The notes below the pieces were generated by a model. That model worked only from the letters and a program-made list of their open reading frames with translations. It made no database searches and was not told where the DNA came from. Shown piece after piece: positions 52,472 to 64,000 of a DNA stretch of 64,000 bases (position 1 is its first letter; each line of letters begins with the position of its first letter). The translations under genes were made by a program, and so were the position numbers. The stretch lies in the NCBI GenBank assembly GCA_951406725.2, contig OX597822.1, forward strand, positions 113,336,001-113,400,000, read 5' to 3'. The stretch is from Octopus vulgaris. Lineage: Eukaryota.

Positions 52472-52877
52472 GGATCTTTTCGGTTTGAACAGCAGTTTTT
52501 TCTAGCGATGTCATATGAAATTGTCACCTGTAATTATGACCCTAGTATCGATCTATTGCATTTCAATTTGGGTTAGGGGGTGGGAGGAAGGGTAGCTTTT
52601 TTTCTTCACAAATGTAAATAAGCCCAATCTATTTCTTAAACGAGGGACATATTCATACGGCACAGAATGTTTCTTTACCTCAATAGACGTCAGTGATTGG
52701 TTGAAATTGCATAAATTGAAGAAAAAAAAGCAAATATCTTACAAACTATAGAATTTTCTCAATAAAGCCAAGAGAAAAAAGATGTTTTATAAACACATTC
52801 TACCAGGATACGAAGTTTAAAATGTTTTAGTTACCTAGAAATTATGTTAAAAACTGCCGATCAAACCGAAAAGATCC
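52472..52877. mobile_element. Merlin-like MITE
   Basis: TIRs ggatcttttcggtttga.c.gcagttttt / aaaaactgccgatcaaaccgaaaagatcc; 8-bp TSD gaaatatt. Confidence 0.75.
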
Positions 52878-53057
52878 GAAATATTTGTAATGATGTATCT
52901 TTTCATGTAGGAAATGGATTATAAACGAGTGAATGCAACAGAAAGAAATATCTTTTTCGTTGGAATCTTTCTCGTTGGTGAAATGCAATGAAGTACATCA
53001 TATAATCATTATGATATATATTTAACTGGATTTTGACTATAATGTCAATGATATTGA

Positions 53058-53260
53058 TTTCCAATTCTGGCACAAAGCCAGCAATTTCGTGAGAGGGTTA
53101 AGTCGATTGCCTTGACCCCCAACGTTTAACTGGTTCTTACTTTAACGACCCTGAAAAGCTGAAAGACAGTCGACCTCGACGGAATGTGTGCTCAACATGA
53201 ATACGAAATGTCGCTAAGGATTTAGCCCGGCGTGCTAACGACCCTGCCAGCACATCGCCT
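53058..53260 (-). mobile_element. Degenerate SINE family B
   Basis: Reverse-complement match. Confidence 0.7.
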
Positions 53261-53689
53261 GAATAATGTCCATAATATTAGTAGGCAGAATTTGCTATTT
53301 TGAATTTAGTTAAATCTCCTCACTGCCAAGGAGTTAACGGTCTGTTAATTGCAATAATTACATTAGAGAATATTTTGCTAAGAGAGAGAAGTAGAAATCG
53401 ATCGGTGTCCCTAACTAATATTTGATGGAAGTATTTGAATGAAAGAAAGTTACTTTAGTTAAATAGTTGGGTAGACAGAGAGATAAATTTAACATGACCA
53501 TCTTCAACCAATCAATCAGAACGTTAACTGATAGTGATCTGAGACACAATCTTTTTATAATAACAGATATTTTTAGAACCACAGGCAGAAAAGACACAGG
53601 TTGCAATATAATTCCATATTCCTCATAACGTACACTTTTGAAAATTAACTGGTCATATGTATACATACATAGTTACAAATATAAATGCA

Positions 53690-55180
53690 AATTTTCCTAT
53701 AAATATAAAGGATGAAAATTAGTAAAAAAATAATAATTCATACCAGTGGCAGCATGTGTTACAAAAATGTCCGTAGACCATAAATATTTTTATAATATAT
53801 ACGTGTGTATAAAATTATACACGAAACGAAGAGTGACCTATCGGTCTTCTTACATGCTGAAAAGAGATCCCCAAACCACGAAAAAACATTTTTATTTATG
53901 CACGTTGAATTTGAAAGAATAAAAAAGACCAGTTATTTCTATTTTCCGAAGTTTCACCATTAATGATTAAATATTTATGGTCTATGGACGTTACATATGC
54001 TGGCCGCTGGTCAAAATTATTATTTTAAATTATTTTTACCCTTTGTATTTATATTTGAATATTTTAATTCTTGGGTCAGGTAATTCACTGCTGCTTTATT
54101 CTGGCTTGAGAACATTTGAATTGAATTCACGATGTATAACGACAACATTCGATATTTATACGTCTCCATTGTGATACGGTATGTATTCGGTCCCCAGCAG
54201 TTTCTATTGAAGATCCATAGATGATTGATTCATTGATTAATTAGTTAATTAATTTATTTATTTAATCGTTAATGGTGAAACTTTGAAGTATAGAAATAAC
54301 TGCTCCTTTTAATTGTTTCAAATTGTCCTGCCTACATTCAACGTGCATAAAACAAATATATTTTCGTGGTTTGCAGATTTGACATCTCTTTTCAGCATGT
54401 AGGAAGACCATTTAGTGGTTCTTCACTTCGTGTATAATTTTATACACACATATATATTATAAAAGATATTCATGGTCTATGGGTATTTTTTTTTACATAT
54501 ACTGGCCACTGGTCAAAATTATTATTTTTAATAATTTTTACCCCTTATATTTATATTTAAATATTTTAATTCTTGGGTCAGAATTATATTCACTGCTGAA
54601 TTTTCATTCACTGCTGTTTTATTCTGGCTTGGCACGTTGCTTGAGGAAATTTGAATTGAATTCACTATGTCTAACGATAACATTCGATATGCACGTATCT
54701 CCTTTGTGATACGATATGTATTCGAGTTTTATAATTTTTCGTTTCAATCATCTGTGGATCGTCAGTAGAAACTGTTGGGGACATATAATTGTAAAACTCG
54801 AATACATACTGTATCACAAAGGGGACACATGCATATCGAATGTTATCGTTACGCATCGTGAATTCAATTCAAATGTCCTCAAGCAACATGCCAAGCCCGA
54901 ATAAAGAAGCAGTGAATTATGTGACACAAGAACTAAAATATTTAAATATAAATATAAAAGGTAAATATTATTAAAAATAAATATTTAATCATTAATGGTG
55001 GAACTTCGGAGAATAGAAATAACGGGTCTTTTTAGTTCTTTCAAATTGTCCTGTCCGCCTATATTTAACGTGCGTAAGTAAGAATGTTTTTTCGTAGTCT
55101 GGGAATATGACATCTCTTTTCAGCATGTAGGAAGACCACGTGGTGGTTTTTCCCTTCGTGTATAATTTTATACACACGTA
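53690..55180. repeat. Complex direct + inverted repeat cluster
   Basis: 53690-53970 is inverted at 54265-54560; 53972-54190 is repeated at 54470-54725 and inverted at ~54790-54990; 54990-55180 repeats 54265-54450. Confidence 0.8.
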
Positions 55181-55372
55181 TACAAATGTTCATATATTTT
55201 CAACTTCATTTATTTCTTTTATACTACCATTTGCTTGGATTAGTAATGATTTTTCTTTATACGTACATACATAAATCTTTAGGTAAATATATTCAATAAG
55301 AATATTATATACTGAATTTATATTGAGTGCTCCATTGTATAAAAATGTTAATACTATTAAAGTATTTATATA

Positions 55373-55741
55373 CTAGCAGTATCGCCCGGCGTTGCTCAGG
55401 TTTGTAAGGGAAATAACTATAAAGCATTTTTAGAGAGTTATAGCCAAAAAATGGAAAAAAAATGATGGTAAATTTTTTTTGAGAGTAAAAAAAAAGGTGG
55501 AGTTGCGTCCCCTAGACGGTTTGTGTTTCTGATTCTCGACCCCATGTCGAATTTATCGATTTTTTTCAGAACTGGAGGAACTTTTCAAAATTTTCGCTGC
55601 GTTAGTTTTGAATTATGACATTGAGCTATGTGTGTGTCAAGTTTCATCAGAATCGGTTGAAAGCCGTGGTCAGGGTGAGGGTACAAGCAAACAGACACAC
55701 AGAAACACGCACAGACAAACTGCCGTTTATATAGAGAGAGA
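55373..55741 (-). mobile_element. Non-autonomous Helitron
   Basis: Minus strand begins TC, ends gagcaacgccgggcgatactgCTAG, and sits between A and T. Confidence 0.7.
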
Positions 55742-55965
55742 TTTAATACGAGCGATATATACATATATTTTTTAATAATATATTATTATTATTAATTTCC
55801 TGATACTACTAATAATAATATATTATTAAAAATATATGTATATACGTACATACATACATACATACATACATACATACATACAAACACACACACATACATA
55901 CATACATACATACATACATACATACATACATGCACATATGTATGTGTGTGAGAGAGAGTGAGAGT

Positions 55966-56024
<59 letters not shown>

Positions 56025-57042
56025 ATATCGTGCAAGAAAGATATTTTTTAGTCATCTAAGAGCACGTAAAAAACTGTCAAATTTGTTGCAATAAATAAAT
56101 TTTAGAGATGTGCAATTCTCGATTCTTCTTTATGATGCCTTGGATAAAAGGGCACACAAGTTGACCTGGGCAAATAATCGCAAAGGTACATATGTTAGTT
56201 GCTCTAAACTTCACAATTATAGTTTGTTGTTGGCTTTTCTTTTCCGATTTACTTCATTCTTCTCGATTAATGCTTTCTTCCTACAGACTGGACAGATTAC
56301 CCACATGACATATTTATATTTCCTCTTTCTTTCGAATCTTTTTAAATATATCATCTATCTTCATTATGAGTGGTCAGTGGTGTGAATACATCTTGACCTA
56401 TTTAAGGTTCTTTATACAAGTAAAAGTATAAAATGATGTGTTCCCTTAATATCTAAAAAAAATGCCATTCTAATTTTAAGTGATAATAGAACTCTAGTCA
56501 TAGCGTATTTCAACACTTTTGTACTCTCAGATATTATGGTCTCACAAGAAGACCTATCTTATACTTGCATCCTCAATTCGCTTCACCCATCCGCATAGGT
56601 AAAACCTTGAACAAAGCTGCATAGGGAATGTCTACGCTGGATGAATATGTACTGTAACACACTTGAATTTAAATCAACTAAATGCAGATAACTGCTACAT
56701 CAAAGGAAACAAGGACACTTAACCAGCAGCAACATGTTTCGGAGAATAATGCTTTAGAATATAAATTTTGAAGATGTTATAATGCTAAATTCTTCTTTAT
56801 GATAGTTTGATTATAATATTCTGCATGCTGCAGGAAATCCAATGAAAGGAACTCAGGATTTACAGTAAAGTACTTTATAATCGTTTTTGGATTTGGTTTG
56901 CAAGATTCTTTATGTGAGTTCGTGTGTTGAAGCATATTCTGTTGTGTCTGGGGAGAGTCATTGTCTTTTAGTACCTTATAATTTAAAACACTCACCGGTA
57001 AAATTTCCACTTATTTCTTTTTTATTTTTCTAAAATTTTTGT

Positions 57043-57712
57043 CGCTGATCTCGGAAAAGGAGAAATAAGCTATATTAAATCTCTGAGCGAGATGAAAACA
57101 GTAGCAATACGGAATCGTCACATATAATTGCCGACCAAGTGTGGCGTCCTATACGGGACAGTGCTACTGACATTTATAGCCTCAGGAAGCCATCTCTTCC
57201 AGCTGGCTAACGACACACATTCTGTGATCACGTAAGACTAGGGATGGGAGCGATGTCCTTTCTTCGCAAATACTAATCGGACACAGAATGTGTGTCGTTA
57301 GCCAGCTGGAAGAGATGGCTTCCTGAGGCTATAAACCTCAGTAGCACTGTCACGTATAGGACGCCACACTTGGCTGGCGATTAAATGTTACGATTCTGTG
57401 TTGCTACTGTTTACATCTCGCTCACATTTAATATATATTTCTTTATCGCCCACAAGGGGCTAAACATAGAGGGGACAAACAAGGACAGACAAAGGGATTA
57501 AGTCGATTACATCGACCCCAGTGCGAAACTGGTACTTTATTTATCGACCCCGAAAGGATGAAAGGTAAAGTCGACCTCGGCGGAATTTGAACTCAGAACG
57601 TAACGACAGACGAAATACCGCTAAGCATTTCGCCCGTCGCGCTAACGAGTCTGCCAACGCCGCCTTTAATATAGATTTAATATAGCTTATTTCTTCTTTT
57701 TCGAGATCAGCG
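57043..57712. repeat. Long fold-back repeat (~185-bp arms, ~50-bp loop) with a SINE in the right arm; PLE pseudo-LTR-like
   Basis: 57043-57227 is inverted at 57279-57432 + 57666-57712; the loop and right arm recur at 60362-60515. Confidence 0.85.
57438..57666 (-). mobile_element. SINE family B inserted in the fold-back arm
   Basis: Reverse complement of family B; flanking ttaatata repeated. Confidence 0.85.
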
Positions 57713-60305
57713 ATGGTCTGTCGCTGGAAAAAGCATCTAGTATTTTGCGAGTGGAGTGAGCTTTCATCAAAAGCTGGTGATTGACACTCTTCTGCGTTTG
57801 ACTGCTGCTGCTTAGTGAGTTTATTTGGTTAATATTTTTTGTTGTTGTTGATTATCTGTTGAAATTGTTACGTTTGAGATCTTGTTGAAATTGAACCGTT
57901 GTCGTCGTTTTGACGAAAAGTTTCGTCCTACGGGGCAGAATATTGTTTTCTTCATAACTTGTTGAACTGTTTCTTGATCATTTTACCCGTTTCAGGGTAA
58001 AAAATTAATTATTGTCATTTTTTGACAAAAATATTTACGCTTCATTTTGAATTTCGGAGGCCGTTTGTAAAAATGGAGTTGAATTTGTTGTCAAATGTCG
58101 ACCTTCTGTTCTCAATGGAAGGATTTCCCGGCAATGAAAGAAAGTAACCAAGCTGGTAACCAGAAAGGAAAGGAAAAGCTAAGTTTCTCTGCTGCCGTTG
58201 GTGGTAAGTTTTGTGAATTGGAGGTGTCGAAGGAACAATTATTTAAATTTTGGAACCATATAAAGAAAAGTGGCAACGAAACAAAAGTTCTGCTACCACA
58301 GGATATGATACAAAATTTAACTGCTAGAACGGTAGTATACAGAATACACAACCGTAAAGAAAAAAGAATTATGTCAGTGAAGAACGAGGTGGTAGAAAAG
58401 TGTCTCGCCCCCATCTGGGGAAAAATTACCTATATCGGTCGAGGGCCAAGAAGCCCCACTGTTGAGGTGCAATTCGAGAATGCTGAAACAACAAAAGAAA
58501 TATTGACACAAACTTTAAAAAGTGATGAAATAATGTTTGTCCCGACCTGCCTAGGCCGGAGAACTGCAAAAATAACAATAGAGGAGATACCACCTGGTTA
58601 TGATGCAACATGGATGGCAAGAGCCGTAATTTACGACGCAGAAGAAGAAATAACAATACTCCAAATGAAAAAGAGAGAGACTCTAAATTGGCAAGGTCAA
58701 ACTCTCGAGATGGTAGTTCAAGCCTCAAATGAAATACTCGAATCGCGGCCAGATCCGGTTCGGCAAGGGTGCCCCCAGTCTCCGCTTCTGTATGTACTGA
58801 CTCTTGAGCCATTGCTGTGGAGATTGGAGAGTTTGGGGGCATGCCCAATGAAATCGGATGTATTATGTCTGTTTCTGCATATGCGGATGACGTCACCATC
58901 ACCGTGTCCAATGTAGCTCAGCTACCTTGTGTAGAAAATACAATCAAAGGATACGAGGCGGTGGCAGGAGCAAAAGTTAACAAGGACAGGTCCATCGGTT
59001 TGCGACTAGGCACCTGGAGCGGCAAGCCGATAACGTCCGGTGTCATGGGTCACTGGACGGATGGTCCTGTTAAGTTGTTTGGTTCGGTCCAGACTCCCAG
59101 ACGAAGAACTGGAATGAGGTGGCAGGCAGGATGGAGGCCCTAGTCCGGACCTGGTCTGGAAGGGCGCTGTCCCTAAAAGGGAGGGCGGAGGTGGTGCAGG
59201 TGTATATTGCGTCTGTTATCACCTACTGTCTGACCGTTGTCCTTTTCCCTGATTCGGGGCTATGTAAGTTGGTGCAACTTCTCTTCTGCTTTTTGTGGAG
59301 GGGAAAACCACTTGTGAGGCGCTCCGTGTACTGTCAAGAACCGCTAAAGGGTGGGTTAGGGATGCCGCGGCTATTGATGTGCAGGCATGCACAGAGGCTA
59401 AAGCATCTCTGGCTCTACCAGGATGGTGGCCAGAAGTGGAATTCGCTTGCAGAGGAATTCTTTCCACGACCGACCTCCTTGGAGGAATTTACACCCGACA
59501 GAATACAACTGAATGGAAAAGGGCATGCCGAAAGGCACTCACGCTAATCCACAGGGCGGGCAAGGCCGGCAGCAGAAACGCCACCTCTGTATTTGATGTC
59601 CTAGGAGAGGCCCTGGGGTTCGATGAGTACCAGCTAGCCAACCTGTTTCAAAATCTTTCAGGTCGGGTATTTGGAAAATTACCAAAGATCCATGACCTGG
59701 CAGTGTTACAGGGATGCGTTACCTGTCCGCGATAAATTGTCCAGGCACGGAATATCAGTGCCACCGGCATGCCCAAGGTGCAGGCAGGACAAGGAAACTG
59801 TCTTGCACACTCTTGTACAGCACCTGGGAAGAGTACAGCTATCAGCTGAGTCTGTGATAAAGATTGTACAGCCAACCGGGCTATCAAAGGAAGGTGAAGC
59901 ATGCTTTCTGTGTACGGTCGCAGTAACGAAAGAGTGTGCATGGAGAACAAGAATGCAAGGAATCGTGACAGGTTCCTTCATCTCCGGCCCTGGTTTGCTA
60001 TACTACTTCAGCTACCACCTGAAGAGCAAGATAGGGCTGGTGAGGAGACACCTGTCGCGAAGTATATATGAGAAAAGATGGAAGGATGTCGTGAGGAAGT
60101 TGGGAGTGACTGCTCCTACTTAATTCCACCCATGGTAAAAGCAAGGTGTAGTAGCTGGCATTCCGGTCATATTTTGTGAAAAAAAAAGGGAAAATTTTAA
60201 ATTTATATATATATATATATATGATTTATCGAATTTTTAAATATAAGCTCAATTAGCACATTTAAATGTTTGTAACACCATGTATTGTCCTTCTAATAAA
60301 GAAAT
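57713..60305 (+). mobile_element. Internally deleted L1/Tx1-like LINE (ORF1 N-terminus fused to RT C-half)
   Basis: ORF 58095-58916 switches at ~58745 into VRQGCPQSPLLYVL; AYADD; LSLKGRA; GGLGMP; CPRC..ETVLH; ends aataaagaaat. Confidence 0.85.
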
Positions 60306-60314
60306 CAATGATTA

Positions 60315-60361
60315 ACACACGCTGAGGACGGGTAACCACCCAGAAACTCGAGTCCGTGTGT
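60315..60361 (+). ncRNA. Minimal type I hammerhead ribozyme
   Basis: acacacg CTGAGGA c gggt aacc accc a GAAAC tcga GTC cgtgtgt: 7-bp stem I, intact core, palindromic stem III. Confidence 0.75.
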
Positions 60362-60842
60362 ATCACGTAAGACTAAGGATGGGAGCGATTACCTCTCCTC
60401 GCAAATACTAATCGGACGCAGAATGTGTCGTTAGCCAACTGGAAGAGACGTGACGTTTTCCTGAGGCTATAAACATCCGTAGCACTGTCCCGTATAGGAC
60501 CCCACACCTGGATGGCAATAATATATATATAAGAATTAAGATATATACTCAAATTAGGCAATCAACATTTTATGCATACTCATACAGTTATAAATTCGAC
60601 TTAAGATACGTATATATATATGTATATTAATACATATCGATATATAGGAATATTTTTTAAATAGTTTTAAAAATATAAATATATATATATAAATATACAT
60701 AAAAAATACATGCAAATAAAACCCATGTGGGATACATGGAAAGAAGTGTGGGAAAAAGGACTGACAAGTTTCTTTTTTTTATCGTTTGTCTCGGGTTCGA
60801 TCCGAGCACTTCTTAATCAATTCTATATATTTCGTAAGAAGG

Positions 60843-60849
<7 letters not shown>

Positions 60850-60906
<57 letters not shown>

Positions 60907-61178
60907 CAAATACATACACATATATACACATATACATATATATATACACACACACATATATGTATATAGATATATATACATATATATATATATGCATACA
61001 TATATATAAATATATATATATATACACATACATATATATACATATATATATATACACATGCATATATATATATATACATATAAGTATATATAATTACATA
61101 TATATAGTATATATACACATATACATATATATGCACATGCATATATGTATATACACATATACATATATATCTATATAC

Positions 61179-61246
<68 letters not shown>

Positions 61247-61392
61247 ATATACATGTATACATATATACATGTATACATACATACAGACATGCACATATAT
61301 ATACGCATATATAAATACACATACATATATACACACACATATATATATATACACGTATATATATAGAAAAAGAGAGAGGGAGAGAGAGAGAA
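60850..61392. repeat. Long (TA)/(CA) low-complexity tract
   Basis: Direct reading. Confidence 0.92.
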
Positions 61393-61922
61393 TGTCATTC
61401 GTATTATATAATGTTAGTAATTATGCAGACGTAAATACAGACCCCCCCCAATCATGAACACCCTTCATTTCTTATTCTCTCAGTTTGTGCATGTGTACTA
61501 GTGGTGGTTTATGTTCTGTCATTAACTAATTGTCTACTTTATTTTGTAAAGAGTCTTAGGAGGAGGAGGGGGAAAGAGAATATTTTCTCCGGTATGAACA
61601 CCCAGCATGAGAAAAGGTTTTCGGTCCAAGAACGTATAGGACGAAGCAAAACCCAGCTGCACTATGCGGCCTTATTGGACGTTGCCGTCATAATAAACAA
61701 AGTGGTGTGTTTAGAGAATGAGAGGAGCAGAACTCACTCGGTGGACTGAACAATAACAAATAGAATTACGAATACCAATAAACAATGAATAATACTCACG
61801 ACGGAAATGTTTAGAAATGAAAACGAAATCTGAGCTAGAAGATAGAGAGAAATTCTCGGCAAAGAAGCATGCCACGATAAGTAAACATATCTAAGAGACT
61901 TTTCGGTTATACAAGCATGCAG

Positions 61923-62223
<301 letters not shown>

Positions 62224-63369
62224 TTGTACTACTTATAAATTAGGTGTATATCAATATTCTGACATACAAACATATAGAAAAATCTGTAGTTTTATCTAAT
62301 ATACACACTCATACACATATACGCGCACACACACATATACATTCAAATAAATCAATGTTCCCCTACGGATACACACACATATATTCATATAAGATCCACC
62401 TGTACTAGAACATTCCCACAATCCCGCACACGATTCATAATCATTTACACGATCAAATGATAAGAAATGCAAAATGTAAATGCATAATGTGTCCAAATCA
62501 CATTCCCAAACCGACAGAAACTCCCACATAGTCATACTCATTGCTCTCCTACTTAACTATTTATTTTTTCACAAACTGGGATCCACAAATGTGCTATTTT
62601 TCCCTCTCTGATTTTTCTTATCTCTCTCTTTATTTAACTCACACACACACTCTCTCTCTCTCTCCCTTCTTGTGTGTCCTCTTCTGCTACAGTGATCTCT
62701 GCTCATCCAGAGCAGGTTGATCTCGTGCCACCCTCATCGAAGCATTCCATATTCGCTGTCTCTCACCCTCTCATAATCAATGCTACTTCCATGCCTCCAT
62801 TCTCATACTAATCACTACAACTAGTCCTTCCAATACAGAACTTTTGAAAGGGAATCAGTAATTCCCTCCAGATAGCTACCGACTTGTAATTGTCCAAAAG
62901 GAACGTCAACTGGTCGGCCATTGGGCCTATTCCAGCCTATTTCGTCGGGCCTGTTTGTCAAACCAGTTATCCTCAAACAAGAATTAGGTCCGAATGTTTA
63001 CAACAGAGTTAACAGCACCAAAGACACTCAAGGACCAATATCAAAACAAATTAACTCTACCCTACAACTGTGTATACCTAATATGTATTAGTACATGTAA
63101 ATGAAATAAACATTTGACCAATGCAGGCGAGGATTTTAACCAAAACATGTAAGGTGATGTCAGCGATAAAGATATTGTAACATTGGTTAGTTAATGACCC
63201 TATAATATTCTGGGATCAATCCATTTTCAATACAAAGCAATAAAGATTCCGAAGAAATATGTTGTTATTCGAAACACATCGATAATAGCATTTTACTTGA
63301 CCCCTTTTGTTTTTCTACTGTCTTATATTTGAAAAAGGGATTTTTCTCTCGAAATACAGGATTATCAAA

Positions 63370-64000
63370 CGATTCACATAAGGTAACACAATGTCAACGG
63401 ACTCAAAGCAGTATCTTCTGTTTAGTTCATGCTACCCAACACACATCAAAAGAAATATTCTTTTTATTTAGCGAAAAAGATTTGAGCAAAAGCGTCTGAT
63501 GCAAATACTCAGGATTTTCGACTTCAATACCTCTGAAATCTCCAAGTAAGCTGTAGTCTTTTGATTGCAAGACCTCAGAACAACACTAGCCGTAAGACAC
63601 TGCCCACCCTCACTTGCAGATAATGGAATTAAACGTGCCAAAAAAAGTAGGCATCAAAACACTAAGGGAAACAAAACGAAATCACACACCTCATCTAAAA
63701 ATACTGCTCTATATATCGACACACAACCCCAGAAATAATGAGGCATACAGCACCATTACTCAAAATCTGCCAATGCTCACTAGGGATCCTAATTCCTCAA
63801 ATGTAAAAACACAACCCAAATCACTAAAAAGACAACAGACAAATGCGAAGTTATACCCAACGACAATGAAACCAATAGTTAAAAAATGTGGACATCCAAA
63901 TTGTGGAACACATCCCAACCTACTGAAAGGCTCAGAATTCCATTTCAAACAAGGACAGTGATTCACAAGATCAATTTCACGTGTGCATCCGAAAATCTAA
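63370..64000 (+). mobile_element. Degenerate Penelope-like element, RT thumb to start of GIY-YIG; runs off the window
   Basis: TDSKQYLLFSSCYPTHIKRNI; STHNPRN; KKCGHPNCGTHPNL; FTCASENL at the window edge. Confidence 0.7.

Noticed and set aside
58095-58916. 273-aa ORF as a host gene
   Set aside because: Fuses directly into LINE RT motifs; best explained as an internally deleted L1/Tx1-like element

Overview
AT-rich, repeat-saturated eukaryotic (metazoan) DNA. The SINE families and microsatellite load resemble octopus/cephalopod genomes; this is inferred from recall, not a search. No intact host protein-coding gene is supportable. The window is mostly decayed transposons: several tRNA-derived SINE families, CR1/L2-like, RTE and L1/Tx1-like LINEs, mariner, maT, DD40D/DD41D Tc1-like, piggyBac, a Merlin-like MITE, Helitron/Helentron pieces and Penelope-like elements (PLEs). 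Two things stand out. (1) A GC-rich orphan rDNA mosaic (~18.98-26.13 kb) carries two divergent R2 retrotransposon 5' ends at the canonical 28S target. One encodes a clade-A-type triple zinc finger + Myb + truncated RT; the other retains a candidate HDV-like ribozyme that would pair with the upstream 28S sequence. (2) A dispersed set of minimal type I hammerhead-ribozyme motifs (best at 60315-60361, 43861-43925 and 39707-39840), two linked to long fold-back repeats, is consistent with non-autonomous PLE/retrozyme-like elements; PLE coding remnants lie near both ends of the window. Boundaries were read by eye and are approximate unless TIRs or TSDs are quoted.
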